Source: Sarea resinae (Eukaryota). Taken from it: 64,000 nucleotides of DNA. Within the stretch, counting starts at the first letter, position 1, and every line of letters begins with the position of its first letter. A program made the translations under genes and the position numbers. Location of the stretch: assembly GCA_026026165.1 (NCBI GenBank), contig JAPEUD010000034.1:62001-126000 (forward strand), given 5' to 3'. The notes below the pieces were generated by a model. The model had not been told where the DNA came from. It ran no database searches and worked only from the letters and a program-made list of their open reading frames with translations. Shown here one piece after another: positions 50,870-64,000 of the stretch.

Positions 50870-52300
50870 CATTGGTGGGTAGGTGGGTGGGTGGATGGGT
50901 GGGTGTGTATGTGTGTAGATAGTATAGACGTACTTTTACTCCCCAAAAATCTTTGGCATCTATTTCCTTTTTTCTATGATAGTCTACTTCTCCTGTTATG
51001 GACGGTCCGTCTCTCTTCCGCCGTCTGACCCTACACATAGTATGCTGTCGTGCCTGCAGCTGGTTGGCTTGGATGACCCGACGTTTGTCGACCTGATTCA
51101 TTCACTCTCACCTACACACCTACACGCCTACACGCCTACATGCCTATACGCCGATACGCCTATCCACCTATCCCCCCGCCTACCCGAGTGGAGTAGAGGA
51201 GAGAAGAGTAGAATATTGATCTCATCTCCTACCTACCTCCTCTTTCACAGTATAGACTACAGACACCGAGATGGAGTGATATCAAGGCAGACATACCCAC
51301 ACACGATAGTGAAAGGACAAACAAACGCTAAATAAACAATAAAACCCACCCCCCGCTCTCCCTGGGACGGGGTGGAAACTCCTGTCGGAATGAATGAATG
51401 AAAGCGAATATCAGCACTTTCCACTTTGAACTTTTTTCTGATTTGGATTTTGGTGATCGAGCTGTCTGGCTGGCTGGATGTCTGGCTGGCTAGGCTGGTT
51501 CGAGCTGGTTCGGCTGGTTTGGCTGGCTGGTTTAGTTGGTTTGGCTGGTTAGCTAGCCATTTGGCTAACTGGTGAGATTGTTAGACAGATAATTGGATAG
51601 TCAGATAGTTGTCAAGCTGGCTGGCTGGCTAGCAGTGTGTGATTGTTTGGATATCTACCTAGTCATTGTAGCTGTCTAGCAGGATAGCTATCTCGCAGTA
51701 TATCTATCTACTTAGCTTTCTATCTCGCCAAACAACCATTTATCTACCTAAATAGCCAACTAGTCATCTTATCCTATCTAGCAGTGTGTAGTATGCTAGA
51801 GCGAGCATCAACATACCGTAGTCGTGCTCATTGTTAGATAAGGTAGCTAGTTGATTTAGCTAGTCACCTTTTAGGATAGTGTTCCTTTCTCGTATGTCTG
51901 TCTGTCTGTCTTTAGGGGGAGGGAGGGAAGGGGTGTGTGTATTGTCTCTTGTCTCTTGTCTTTTTTTGATTTGGATTTGGATTTTCAAACGTTTGTCTGG
52001 GTAGCTTGTGGTTTTTTTCCTGGCGTTCTCGTCTCTTCTGTTCTCTGGTCCTCTCTGCTCTTCTCTGCTCTTCCCTGCTCTTCTCTTTTCTTCTCTGCTT
52101 GTACTCCTACTCTTTCTGTTCTATTAACACTACCTATGTTCTGAGGTCTGAGGTCTGAGGTCTAAGATCTAAGATCTGACTGACCATTGACACGATTGAA
52201 GAAATCGATGGAGAAAGGACGTTTCTTGCAGCGAGATGAGCGTGTATGGAAATGTATGTGTAAATGTATGTGTATGTCTATCCTTTTTCTCTGTCGTTCA
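50870..52300. repeat. Low-complexity/microsatellite block downstream of CYT1
   Basis: (GGTG)n, (CCTACACG)n, (GGCT)n, (TCTG)n, (TCTGAGG)n runs and a TpA-rich core at about 51580-51900. Confidence 0.85.
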
Positions 52301-55300
52301 TGATTTGCTATACTTGTAACCCGAAGAAACAAAGAAAACAAAATGATAACTTTTTGAGTCCTTACCGCCGCCCCCTTTTCTCAAATGAAAAACACTTGAA
52401 GTGAAAGAAAAAACACTTTTGATGGGACGGTACGAGAGATGTCGAATATGCCGGGGTGTTATTCTGCGCTTGTCTTTTCCTTTTCACCGTTATCCCACTG
52501 CCTCTCCTCGCCGCGTTTTGGAATTCCAAAACTCGAGGAGTTCGGCTGACAGGTGGCACCGTCATCATGCAAGCACCCCGTATCATCTCTCCACGAAGCC
52601 ATCAGCGCTCTAGCTCGTCATACTCTTCAAGGACTTCCAACGTCACCCTCGGATCATGCAGGTTGAGGGCGGACCAGGGCGCTTGATTCGCAGGGGCCGT
52701 GCTATACCGTTCTAGCATCACGGACGGCGAGTCGTTGTCGACCCTCACATCTGTCATTGTCGTCGATCCATCGGATGCGGATCGGGAAGATAGAGGCGAT
52801 GCGGTAGACGTCGGGGTAGCGGACCTGGAGGGCAAGGGAGAAGATCGAAGGGAGAGGGACGGTGCTGAGTGGTGCTCGGGCGTATAGCCGTTGAGGGTGG
52901 AATGCACGGCGCGTCTGGGAGAATGAGCTAGTTCGGTGCTCCTTTCAGCGGTGTAATTTTCTCGTCTCCAGTGACTCTGGGGGTTGGCGACGGCGCGGTC
53001 ACGGCCACGCCCGACGCTTCTGCGTGACGAGAGGTATCCCCTTCTTTCTCTTCCCACACTAGGCGTACGCGCAGAGGGCGATGGCGTCAGGTTGGTTGTC
53101 GTGCGGGCGGAGGCAGAATCAGCTGCGATGCGACCGGGCATTAGCGCTGTTCAAAGTTCTTGACAAAGAGGTGCCACCGACGCCGGTGATGCTCAGCGGT
53201 ATACCTGTAGGCACTGGCTACAGAGACGGAACGATGAGAGGTCGGCATGGCAGTAGTATAGACTATATTATCATTAGGTGCTTCACGGGGTGTATTTTGA
53301 AATGAATTATTGACTCCTACAGTCCAAGTTATTGCTAGCTGCCCCATTTTGGGTCTCTGGTCTTGTCTGGCTCAGGCCATCTGAACGTCTGCTGTTCCCC
53401 TGGCTTGCTAGTGTAGTCGCCGGCCAAGGATGAACGAGATGCGTATTTGCAAGCCGTTCATCAGGGGCCCTCGCCCGCACCGAGAGCGAGGCGTGAACAT
53501 TGTTGCAGAGCAGGCATTCATTCAAAGGCGTCGATGGGTGTCGCGGGCAGGTAACTCGAGCGGGATCGTCGGCCATGCTTCGAGTCGGTCACAGGGTCCA
53601 GCGATGTCGAACAGGCGCAACCAGGTTTTCGACGCGGTCGAAATCAGCATGCGGATGGCAGCTACAACAACGCATCCGGGACAAACACAAAGACCAGACG
53701 AGGCGGAGGTGGAGGCGCTTCTGTAGAACGTAAAGAACTCCAGAGATGTTATACTAGCACTACACACGTCGTGTCTGTTGAGCTCGAGATGGTGGTATGA
53801 TGATCGTTAAATAACATCTATCAAACGCCCCAACAGTGACAGGTAAATGGCAGTAGCGGGGTAGCTCAAGCTCATTTCCAAAAAGTCCAGCAACAGGGAT
53901 TGAGAAAATTTTTTCTCCAACCTCGATATACTGCATGCCAATAGGGACGTGTTCCTGCATATATCAGTCCAGAATGTGGGGGTTCAGGGTCGGGCCTTGA
54001 ATCAGTCGGGAGTCTAGCGGTTGACCCTAGATAAAGCAAAGGCTGTTCAGTGATCTCAGCAGGGATGATCTGATGGATTGGCGGATCATCCAGAACCCAG
54101 CAAAGGAACCCCACGCACCAGGCATTGGGCCAATGAACCATAGTCTAGAAGATTACCTGGTATCTCTCCGGGACGTGGGATTGAGGGCGGTAAGCTTGCA
54201 GAAGCCACCACATTGTATTTCTTCGTAATAGTCGGCGGACGTGTCGTCGGCCATGGCTGTACGGCATAGTTGCATGCAGCCAGTGGCGTGGCGATTGAAT
54301 TCCCCACAATGACGACCGGAGCTTATGAAAATGGGTTGAGACGATAATCGGAGAGCGTCATCGTTGCATGAAGCGAGATGATATGCACGATCAAAACGAC
54401 AGCCTTGGAACTCCCCGTAGCGAAGAGCATAATTCTTGTGCTGGGTGGCCTTCACAGACAAGGCTGACTCCCCTGATGATGACCGCTAGAGCCGCCCCAA
54501 AATCACGAGAGACCCTTCAGACGTGCCAACGATCCTCGAATGGAAATCGATCGGCTGGAGGCACGCGATTGAAAGGGCTTTGGGCGGACACCCCGCGCGC
54601 TCGAGGGGCAACACTGCGCCTTGAGAGGCTTCGTAAGGGACCGGCCAGCTTTCTCATCAGAAGATGGCTCGGAGCAACTGTGAGGAAATTTCAGTATCTG
54701 CGACGCCGTGGGCTAGAGCACGTGCGATGTCATTTTTTAGGGCTGTACCACCCGACGGGCGCGTCTGTCCAGAGGCCCCATAGCCATGTGGAGGAATGGG
54801 TTCAGATGAAAGCCTCCACCAAACCGTCAGAGGCAGAATCCGATCGGACTTCCGATGAAGAAAACTCTTGCTCCACGAGTGCGCATCCCACTGGATGATT
54901 ACAGAAGCGTCACGATGGATGGAAGCTGAGAGAAAGGCGATGAGAGGGGGCGATGCTGGAGTACAGCGTACAGAGAGCCTCCAGGCAGCAATTCGGACCA
55001 TGCCGATTTCTCGTCAATCCCACCAGTTGCCTGATTGCCATCCGGGCTGCAGGGACCCTCTGCGTCTTTTTCGGCGCAGCCGTCTGCCACGGCCGTACCT
55101 GGCACAAGATCGGCTTCGATTTTCCTCCCTCCAAGGGCGGTCGCAATATCGTACGAACAGAACGGGAGGGCTGGCTCTCCCCACCGGAGGCGTCTCATCG
55201 CCTCTGCACTGTCTGAAGGTGTAACGATAGGTGGGCAATGAACCAAATGTGGAGAAGGGGAGGCATCCCACTATCGTCTTCAGCTCCTACACTTACGAGG

Positions 55301-58300
55301 AGTATTCGAATTGGTGTTGCTCCAGGCTGAGCGCCCGCTCGCGCTAAACCCCACACTCTATCCAACCGGTTCGGGACGAGCCAATCTCCAGCTTCTACGC
55401 AAAGACGTTTCTTGGCATCAAGTACCTCGCATGTCGACTTCTCGTATTATCCCTGGTCGAAAAATGGAGCTCAATCGCGACACCGTCGAAGATCGTAGAT
55501 TCAGATATGCATCCAACCAGCTCGCATAGTGTATCATGCACCTCACCCCGTGCCTGCCCGACTCCGAGGCGGCGGCTCTCGGGCATGTCATATGTGCTGG
55601 GGTACGGCTATGAAGATGCCCGAGGACGACAAAGCTTCGTACGGTGGCTGGCCTCCCATGGAGCTCGCTGAAATCGCCATCAGCAGGTGCGGCTTGTTGA
55701 CCGTGGCAAGTCTCAAGGAGCCTCTGCCGAAGGCATCGATGCCGGGTCTTCCGCCCTTTGATTGCAATTACTGTTCCTGTCATCGTCTTTTCGACTGGCC
55801 AGCACTTTGCCATTCTTAGTGTGGACTGCTATTTGGATCGCCAGATAAACCAGAACGACAGTACCGAACAGCATCTGGCTGGCAGATGAATAAGGGTTCC
55901 GAACTGCTGGCTATGAAAACGAGTGAGTTGCGTCGGTCAACAGAGGGCGAGATCGAAGACTTACTTAGCAGATCTTCTGCTTATGCCAGGCGAGTTGCGC
56001 GTTGATGAACTGGTTAGCTGCTCTGTTGTGCTGATGAATCGCGAAGCGCGATCGAGTTCGGAAGCGCACTCGAAGCAATCATCCTCTCGGGCTGTTTGAC
56101 GGAGACGCGAAGCTGATGAGTTCCCTTGTTGAGGGCATTGGCAGCCAGGAAGATTGATTGCCAAGGCTACCAAATATCAACTCAGGCAAGGCACTCAAAG
56201 GCACTGACATGCGAAGATTGCGACACCTTCAGAAACAAGGTGCTCTCAAACTCAGAAAACGAATGAGATTATCATCTCCCACAGCGAATACGCCATCTAA
56301 ATCATAATGCACACTCATTCGCCCATCTGCTCCATTCAAAAAAATTGCAAAAAGCTCAGACTGTCGCGCGACAGTCTTACGAAAATCCCGGCGGATTTTT
56401 CACTAATGGATCTCTCCAGCGTGCGAATAGGCTGCCTCCACTGGACATTTTAATGTGGTCGCGAATTATATTGGCATCCTCCCCCGTCGGGGTTCGAACG
56501 TAGCCCCCCCGATGAAAGGGACATGTTCAACTTAATGGAATCGTGTACTAATTGCGCCATCTGGCCTTTCTGGTTAGGAACTCTATCTTTAAACAGGCTT
56601 ATACAGTTCTCTCCAGGTCGAATTCACTACTGGAACTATCTAGTAGCGAGGACAGAGGCGCTCCTTCTTGTTTATTCTCGCTCGACCACATCTACTGAGA
56701 CCACACCCAAGCCGCGCTGGGCCGCCACGCTCGAGCTGAGTCGATACGTTCACGCTATTCTCGACCCGCCCGTTTCAATGCAAATGAAGATGCTCTAATT
56801 TGCATTAGGCTATCTGCTCCAGTGCTAGCCGGAGGTCCTCATAAGGTTGTGGAAATCAAGAGTGCGAGCGAGTTCTAGCTATCATGTCCAGTGCCTCTGC
56901 GACAACGATTCCACGCAGGGACGAATTCACTTGCCATCATCGTTCCTTGATCTCCGGGTCTACGGCTGGTATCTACTGTTTCAAAGCCATCGCTGATTTA
57001 TCCCTAGCCCAATATTGCGGCCAACGACAACATTTGTTGGAACTTCTTGAATACAAGACACATAGATGAAGCATATGATACTACTCATACCGATAGTCGT
57101 GGAATCCTCGAATCAGGCATGAGGCCGTGAGCCTGGATCTCTAGACAACGCCAAAGCAAGATGGGGATCGAAAGGATGCCACCGCTCAGAGATGACTCAT
57201 GCTCTACACGCTCACAGTGATGAAGCTGAGGGGCAAGCCAAGGGAGAGAACAAACGATGGGGACGACCGGTCGGTCTACGGTTGAGAAGCTGCAGTATCC
57301 GAAGGGTGTTAGCGTCACTGTTCATTTGTCTCAGTTAGGCCTATTCTGAACGCTAACCACACCAAAACGGGAAGTCATACAACACCCAGCACCACGACAA
57401 TAATATTGTCTTCTCTTCGCCTACAGCCTTTACATATGCTTTCACTTGTAGTAGAAACACGTAGAATAAATGCCTAGGTAGGAGCTGGTATCTGTAAATA
57501 GTTGGACCCGCTCGCGCTATACTCTTGTCATATTTGTGAAATAGCGACGAAACGTCCAATTCCTTTCGTGCGTGTATGATAGACGTCAACATTGTACCAT
57601 CCGGTTGATCCATCTTTTCTAGCTGAAAAGAATAAACGAATATGGTGATGACTTGTAGGCGGTAGTCACCGAAGTCTGCGTAGTATGCAACAATGCAAGC
57701 GGTGCAGGCAGGCCTTGAGCTACCTACAGTATTTAGCAGAGGAAAGTTCGCGCACATTAGGCCACTATAGGGTATGAGAAGCACAAGGTCTCGAAGCCAT
57801 CATCGTGAATCCCTCCCGTATAAAATGATCTGCTATGAGAAAAATAGACACGAATTTGTAAGGAGAAAAAAGTCACTGGCCAGGTCGGAATATGCCATCA
57901 TGTCCATTCAGAATAAGCTCCTACCAAAATGCTCGGTTCTTTTGACTCATTGAATTTGCTTTCTTGAATATGCTTAACACGAGAAGGCTAGTTCCAGCTC
58001 AGGATTGCTAGACACTACTGAGGAGATATGATGACCTCAGCGCCTAAGAAGTGCAGCTCAGCTTTCCGACTCCCGACTGTAGGCGTGCCTTTGCAGCTGA
58101 TTTGTCTGAAAAAGTGACATTGAATTTCTGAGGATTTAGAGCCATATCTCTCTAGCCTTATTATATCAACACATAGACAAAATTTCGTATTCACTCGTCC
58201 ATAGGCATTGGAAGAAAACAACTCGTTATGACAGAAAAGTTTTGTGTCAGGGGAGCCAAACATTTGTTAGGCCGCTATCAGCAATCGATACCGTGCTCCG

Positions 58301-58821
58301 ATCAATTTGTTTGGACGGTGTTGCTTATGTAGTCTGCTACGTAGTATGGTGGGTCAGAATGCTTATGCAGATCCATTGTAGTCGCCTATCCATTGTATCA
58401 CTTTGCGTAGAGGAGACGTGCGTCTTCAGATACATCCCGCAGGTGTCTCAGGGGAAGTCCAACATCGACAACGGCGGAGGGGGAGAAGACAGAGGACGAC
58501 GGATCAACGTTGAAATTGGCTTTCGCAGCAGGCGATTGTGGCTCCTGCACGATATGGCGCCGTCTCGCTTCGACTTGGCTTCGCGTCAACATGGACATGC
58601 ATTCGTACCTACTCTTCGACTTTCTACAATTTCCCCAATCCAACTCAATTCACCGCCGATCATCTTTCAAGAGCCTCTTCGCAAACTCTTACTCCTCCCG
58701 ATTTGAGTTGCACTTCATGGCAGTCTGCAATCTATTCTCTTGCTCACTAGAACCCTTGCGATTGGAGAAACGACTCTGAGCACGCAGCTCCTCTCCTGTG
58801 TTGCGCTGCCGTGGTGCCACG

Positions 58822-61800
58822 ATGCCTCGTGTGCGACTGCAGGTTCACATTCTGCCTCTGCAGAGCTCGCGCATCTCTGGCAGTTCGCCGAGCTCTTCGT
58901 CCAGCCCGAGCTCCTCTGGAGGGATCCTGAAATTCTTGGAGCCATGCTACGACGATACGCCATTACAAGAACTCTGCGACAGTATCAGACGACGATTTCT
59001 GTCCATCTACCGAAGGTCTGCCTCTCGCCCTTCCCAGCGCCCATCGCTCATTACTGACGGCGAATTGGGCTTCACAGAGATATCGAGATCAAACGGTTGC
59101 AGGACAATAATGATAATGACCTCGACATCCAAGGCCTCGTGGTCGGTGATGCGTTTGACGACCGAGATATCGTCAAGGTTTCACAGGGCCCACCAGGCGC
59201 TTCCGTACCTCCAGAATCGTCCCTTCGGCCTCGACCATCTAGTTTTGCTGGCATCAAGCGACCGTTTGAATATCATAGGCCGATGCGGTCTAGCGGATTG
59301 AGAGAGGAGGTCGTGGACCAAGAGCCGGAGGGTATCGACCCTGCTGGCTCTGGACGACCACCGAAGCGGCGAAGACCTGGGGAGATCACACTTGACGATT
59401 TGGAAGATCCAGATAGACCGGTTCCTTCTCGCGAAAGGGATGATGAAGAAATACCGCAGAGTAATCATTTCGTTTCTCGGTCCCGAAATCCACCGCTTCA
59501 CATCGTTGAGGATTCGCAAAGGTCGCCGCCACTTCACGAGAGACATCATTCCAGCCAACAGGGTGAAGAAGTGAGTAGTGTTGCCATACCGGATTCGCCA
59601 CCATCAAGGTCCGGTCAGCTCGAACCAACCACGAATGGGACAATGAGTGCTATTGACGAGGGAAATGAGACCAAGTCCGAGCCGGACGAGGATCAAGCAC
59701 GTCTACACGACGTTCCGCCCTCGGTGCCCACCTCTGCCTTGGGCACCCCGCCGGATGGAGTTGAGGAAAGGCTGAACGCGGTGCCGAATGCGAATTCAAC
59801 AGCAATACGATCAAGAATTGATATTCTGATGTCGCCGCAAATAGCTCAGACAACAAGTGAGCCTCCGGGTAGTAACGGTTCGAGCAAGCTCCAACGTCCT
59901 GGCAAATTCCTTGCCAAATCGCCCCAGACCAATCGCTTTACACTCGATGGGCCTAGACCTGATAATGACCTTACGTTTGATCCAATGGAGATTGAATCAG
60001 ACGATGCCTCAAGGAGGTCTATACCAGACTCTGCCCAACTCACATTAAATGACACGCTCGAACCGCGCCCTAATCAGCAATGGCAGCTTTCAAGTCCCCC
60101 AACTCTCAATGAAAAAAGTCATTCTCCTGCGACGGCTGTGCAAAGGCCGCCATCCAGAGAACTCCTCCCAAATGGTGTCAGAGGCCCAGGAGTACTTGAT
60201 AGTGATACAGCCACAGCCAAGCCGGCTGAAGATCATCGGAAGATGGGGCTTAGAAGTGGGAAATTAGGTGTGGAAGACGAGCTCTATGCCCAGGAGAGAG
60301 AATTGGCGGCCGAGAAAGGGCGTGAAGAAGAAAAGCTTCGTCTTGATAGAGAGATAGTCAGACGAGAGAAAGAGAAAAGAGAGAAGGAGAAATTGGAGAA
60401 AGCAGCCCAAAAAAAGAAGACAAAGGCTCAGCAAGATCTAGAAAGACGGACCGCGGAAACGAAGAGGGCGGAAGATGCTAGGAAATTGAAAGCAGAGCGA
60501 GAAGCCCGCGAGAAGGCGGCCAAAGTCGCTGGGGAAATCAAAACGGAGGAGCTTCGCCAAAAGGCAAAGGAACGGGCCCAGAGAGAAAAGGAAGAGAAAA
60601 AGCTCGCTGAGCAAGAAGCAAGAAGAAAGGCAACTGAAGAGCGCAAGGCTGCTGAAAGAGAAGCCAAACGGAAAGCTACTGAGGAGCGAAAGGCTGCCGA
60701 GAAAGAGGCCAAACGACAAGAGGCAGAAAAGAAAAAGCGCGAAAAAGACGAGAAGCGCCAGAAGATTGCGACAGCTAGAAAAGCGAAACATGACGAAAGA
60801 GACGTGGCTGGCGAACCATCCACACCGCAGGCGACGGATCCAGACGAGAGGTCGTCAACCACTCCTATGGTACTAGGGCGAGAGTCGGTGCAACCTACAC
60901 AAAACATTTCGGAGAATGGACTGATACAAAAGCCTTCCATCGACAGTAATGTTCAGAGTCCGTCAATGAGCAAACGACGTTCTGTCTCTTTTGTCGGGGG
61001 GGCTAACGTTGACAACCCGGAAAATCCAAGCAGTCCAGCACCGCATTGTACGAACACTATTCCTCCAGGGATAGATCGTAAAGATTACGAGAAGCTTGGG
61101 CCTCTTTTGAAGCGATCTCCGAAAGTAGAAGAAGGGGGAAAGATGGTGAAAAGGCCCCCTAGACAGACCAAGCTTAATGTTACGAGAGATGTCAAGGGTA
61201 AAAAGCCCGTCATCCAGCCACCGTCGAAGCTAGCGAAACATGAACAGATTGTCATCTCTTCTGAGAGTGAGTCTGACTACGTAGAATCCGAGGTGGAATC
61301 GGACGAAAGCAATCAGCCAGATGTTGGTCCGTCTGCAAGAAAGACGAGAGCTAAAGCAATAGCAAGAAAGACTGGCGAGGGAAAGGAGCCGTCCAGAACA
61401 CCGCAGCCTCAGCCAGTAACATCCCAAGAGACGCCGAAGCCGCCAACATCTGCGGTGAAGCCGAAATCAATAGTATCTGTAGAAGTCCCTACAAAGATGC
61501 ATCCGAAGGAGGCCACTATAGAGAAAGCAAATGGAGACAACGCCGCAGCCCAAGCACAGCGATCATCACCATCTCTCTCGACAGCCTCTTCTCCTGCATC
61601 ATCTCGATCACAGTCTTCAACCCGTTCTCCCGCCCGCTTCGTCTCCCGCACGCCATCGTCGGACTCGGAGTCCGACTCGGGTCGAAGTTCAGGCTCAGTC
61701 TCTGGTTCACCGACTCCCAGAAAGAGCTCGCGCTCGGAATCGACTGGCGACCAGCTAGACGAAGAAGACGACGTGGAGATGGACGATGCTCCCACCGCCA

Positions 61801-62675
61801 GCCCATCTACCTCAAACAATCGTTCCCATCCATCTACACGGTCATCTACACAAAGTGGAAGCCAAACTTCCGCCCCACACTCGTCCCCGCCTGTGGTCGC
61901 GAACGATGCGGCAGATTTACCGTCTCAGCCCACCCATCCCGCGCCCATCTCAATCTCGCAGACCTCGACCATCTCGGACAAAGTCGCCGCGCGAGACCTC
62001 GATGAGCGCCTCCAAAGTGACACGCGCCTCTCGATGCAAAATTCCTCTCCACAGCGATCCCAATCTCTCACACCCAAGCCTGGTTTCCAGAGACCGCTTT
62101 CCCAGTCTCAGCCTCGTCCTGCCTCGATGAATCGATATCCAAGCCTTACGTCCCTCAAAGACCGCAGACTCCACTACGAGACACGCGATGGAGCCGCGGC
62201 GCAGTGGCCCACGAGCTCGCAGAATTACCTCTCGCACCGCGTACAGACGCCTCTCAGGAACGGGGTTGGAGTCGGCTCACCTAGGACCCCGTCATCGCAT
62301 GGGAAAATCGGAGAAGCTGCACAGAGCACGAGCGATAGCGATGATCACGATGACGATGACGACGATGATAGCGATTCCGGGAGTGGTTCATCATCGAAAT
62401 CCGGCGACAGCGACGACGACGACGACGATGCCGAAAGCGCGAAACAGCGTCAGCAGCTGGCGCAACGGAAAGCTGGTGGTGGACCGGGCTCGGGATCAAC
62501 CGGGCTCAAGACGCCTCGGGGGAGTAGATACAAGACCATGATGAAGCGTATGTTTGGCTCTTTCCTCCACCCAGCCAGCTCCTGTCCTTGATCTTGCTTG
62601 ACGATACCTTTCGAATTTGGGAGTTCTACTACTAAGACGCTCTTTCCCACTACAGTCAAGCCCCCGCATCTCTGA
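58822..62675 (+). CDS. Net1/Dnt1-like nucleolar protein (Cdc14-binding-type N-terminal domain, coiled coil, Ser/Asp-rich disordered tail)
   Basis: MPRVRLQVHILP...KFLEPCYDDTPLQELCDSIRRRFLSIYRR|DIEIKRLQDNNDNDLD...VGDAFDDRDIVKV resembles the Net1/Dnt1 N-terminal fold. Introns 59016-59077 and 62548-62655 (ends LKPPHL). The gene is well supported; the family call is inferred. Confidence 0.72.
60606..60740 (+). repeat. Three in-frame 45-bp (15-aa) tandem units in the coiled coil
   Basis: AEQEARRKATEERKA / AEREAKRKATEERKA / AEKEAKRQEAEKKKR. Confidence 0.85.
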
Positions 62676-64000
62676 TCCGGACAGCTGCCGCAAACATCTA
62701 TACGTACAGCTTATCAGATGGGACGATCGACACGTTCTTTCGAGGATGCAGCAAGGCTCATCCTATGGGATATTATAGGGCTGGAACACAGCGGCCGACC
62801 GTCAACTCCTCTCTCACCGTTCCATCCCCCATATATATCCCATTCCTTGCGCCTTCACCCTCTTCTCTTTCCTTCCCATCTTTCCCCCCCTTTCATCTCA
62901 TCCCATCTCATCCGATCTCAAGTCGATGTGACCTCACATTACCATTCCATCCCGACCATCATTCCCTCTCACAATTCACGCAGTCATATCAGCAAAACAA
63001 GCCCAACGTAAAGAAAGCGAGACCTCAAAGAAAAAGAATGCAGTAGGGGCACTTTCTCTTTTCTCAGACATATCTATCCCATATCTCTCTTACCTTTCTC
63101 ATACCTTATTTTTATTACTCTCGGCTTCCGGTTTTCGGCTTCCGGCTTCCGGACTCCTCGGTCATCTCTCGTCCGTCCAGTCCGGTCGGAGAAACATGAC
63201 AACATCTTGGGTCTCTTTGGTTCTGTCGGTTCGGGGTTTCGGGGGTTCGTTGATGATGGAGGGAGGAGGGCCCTAAGAGAAGTTGAAGGGGCAGGACTAG
63301 GGGCCAGGGCAAAGAGTAAGGGGCGAGGGGGAAGAGAGACTTCATGTCCATATCTATATCTTTCTCGTGTTATGTGTTTATGTATATGTATAAGGTATAA
63401 GGTATCAGGTATCAGGTATCCATCTATCCAGTCAATGGTGGAGGGAATCAAATTAGAGACGTGATGACCATGTAGATAGAGATAAGACGAGAGTTATGTA
63501 TAGGTACATCGGAGATCAAAACGTGAATTTGATTGTATTCCTATGGCTGCTTCGTATAGTACTGTCTGGAGCATGATGCATGATGCATGATGTTTGAGGC
63601 TTGAGGCTTGAGGCTTGAGGTTCGAGAGTATGGTTGTGCGGGCCTGAGCCTGAGACGTTCGACGATAAACGTTCGTATTTGAGATCTCGCTACTAAGGAT
63701 TTCATTTCGATAGATGAGGTAATTCGGCATGCCAAAGGCTATCACATAGGTAGGTAACAAACGACTCAGGCTATATATAACTTGGCTTCTACATATACTC
63801 GATATACCATTATGCACATATCTTAGTCGGGAAAGATTCAGAAGTCAGACAGCCAGCCAGCTAGCTACGAACAAAGCCCGAAATACCGAGAAGCATTTGC
63901 GATACTATGTTCCCAGATCTAAGCGGTTCATGCGAGATCCGTATAGTCGTGAGGTCCGAGAGCTGTGCTAAGTTCTGTACCCATTACATCGAAAGGATAT

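Noticed and set aside
56031..56060. Hammerhead-like CTGATGA plus stem (also at about 15100 and 25575 on the minus strand)
   Set aside because: The required GAAA after stem II and stems I/III are absent.
56478..56512. tRNA-like GTTCGAACCCC on the minus strand
   Set aside because: The T-stem does not pair and no D arm or anticodon arm can be built.

Overview
Eukaryotic genomic DNA from a filamentous ascomycete (Pezizomycotina-type gene structures: short GT-AG introns with CTRAC/CTAAC branch sites). I reconstructed about 21 protein-coding genes by hand, most of them spliced: MCM7 (5' part), PEX1, a prolyl-4-hydroxylase-like 2OG-Fe(II) oxygenase, ARG4, BIO2, metR/cys-3, a secreted Gly/Pro-rich precursor, ERV2, a LYAR zinc-finger protein, BNA1, a cytochrome b5, a branched-chain aminotransferase, an alpha/beta hydrolase, HPM1, a conserved hypothetical membrane protein, an Ecm33-like single-pass protein, GPD1, GDB1, a Phe-type DAHP synthase, CYT1 and a Net1/Dnt1-like protein. 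It is a housekeeping neighbourhood: I found no transposon ORF, secondary-metabolite cluster, rRNA or tRNA, and no clear novel multi-gene system. The best leads are a Kex2/Ste13-type two-module secreted peptide precursor, a very basic 35-codon ORF divergent from HPM1, an Ecm33-like protein with receptor topology, possible dual-targeting signals on BIO2 and GPD1, two unusually long introns (metR, HPM1), recurrent AAG 3' splice sites, and microsatellite/TpA-rich blocks flanked by very GC-rich genes. All identifications come from motif recognition, not database searches.
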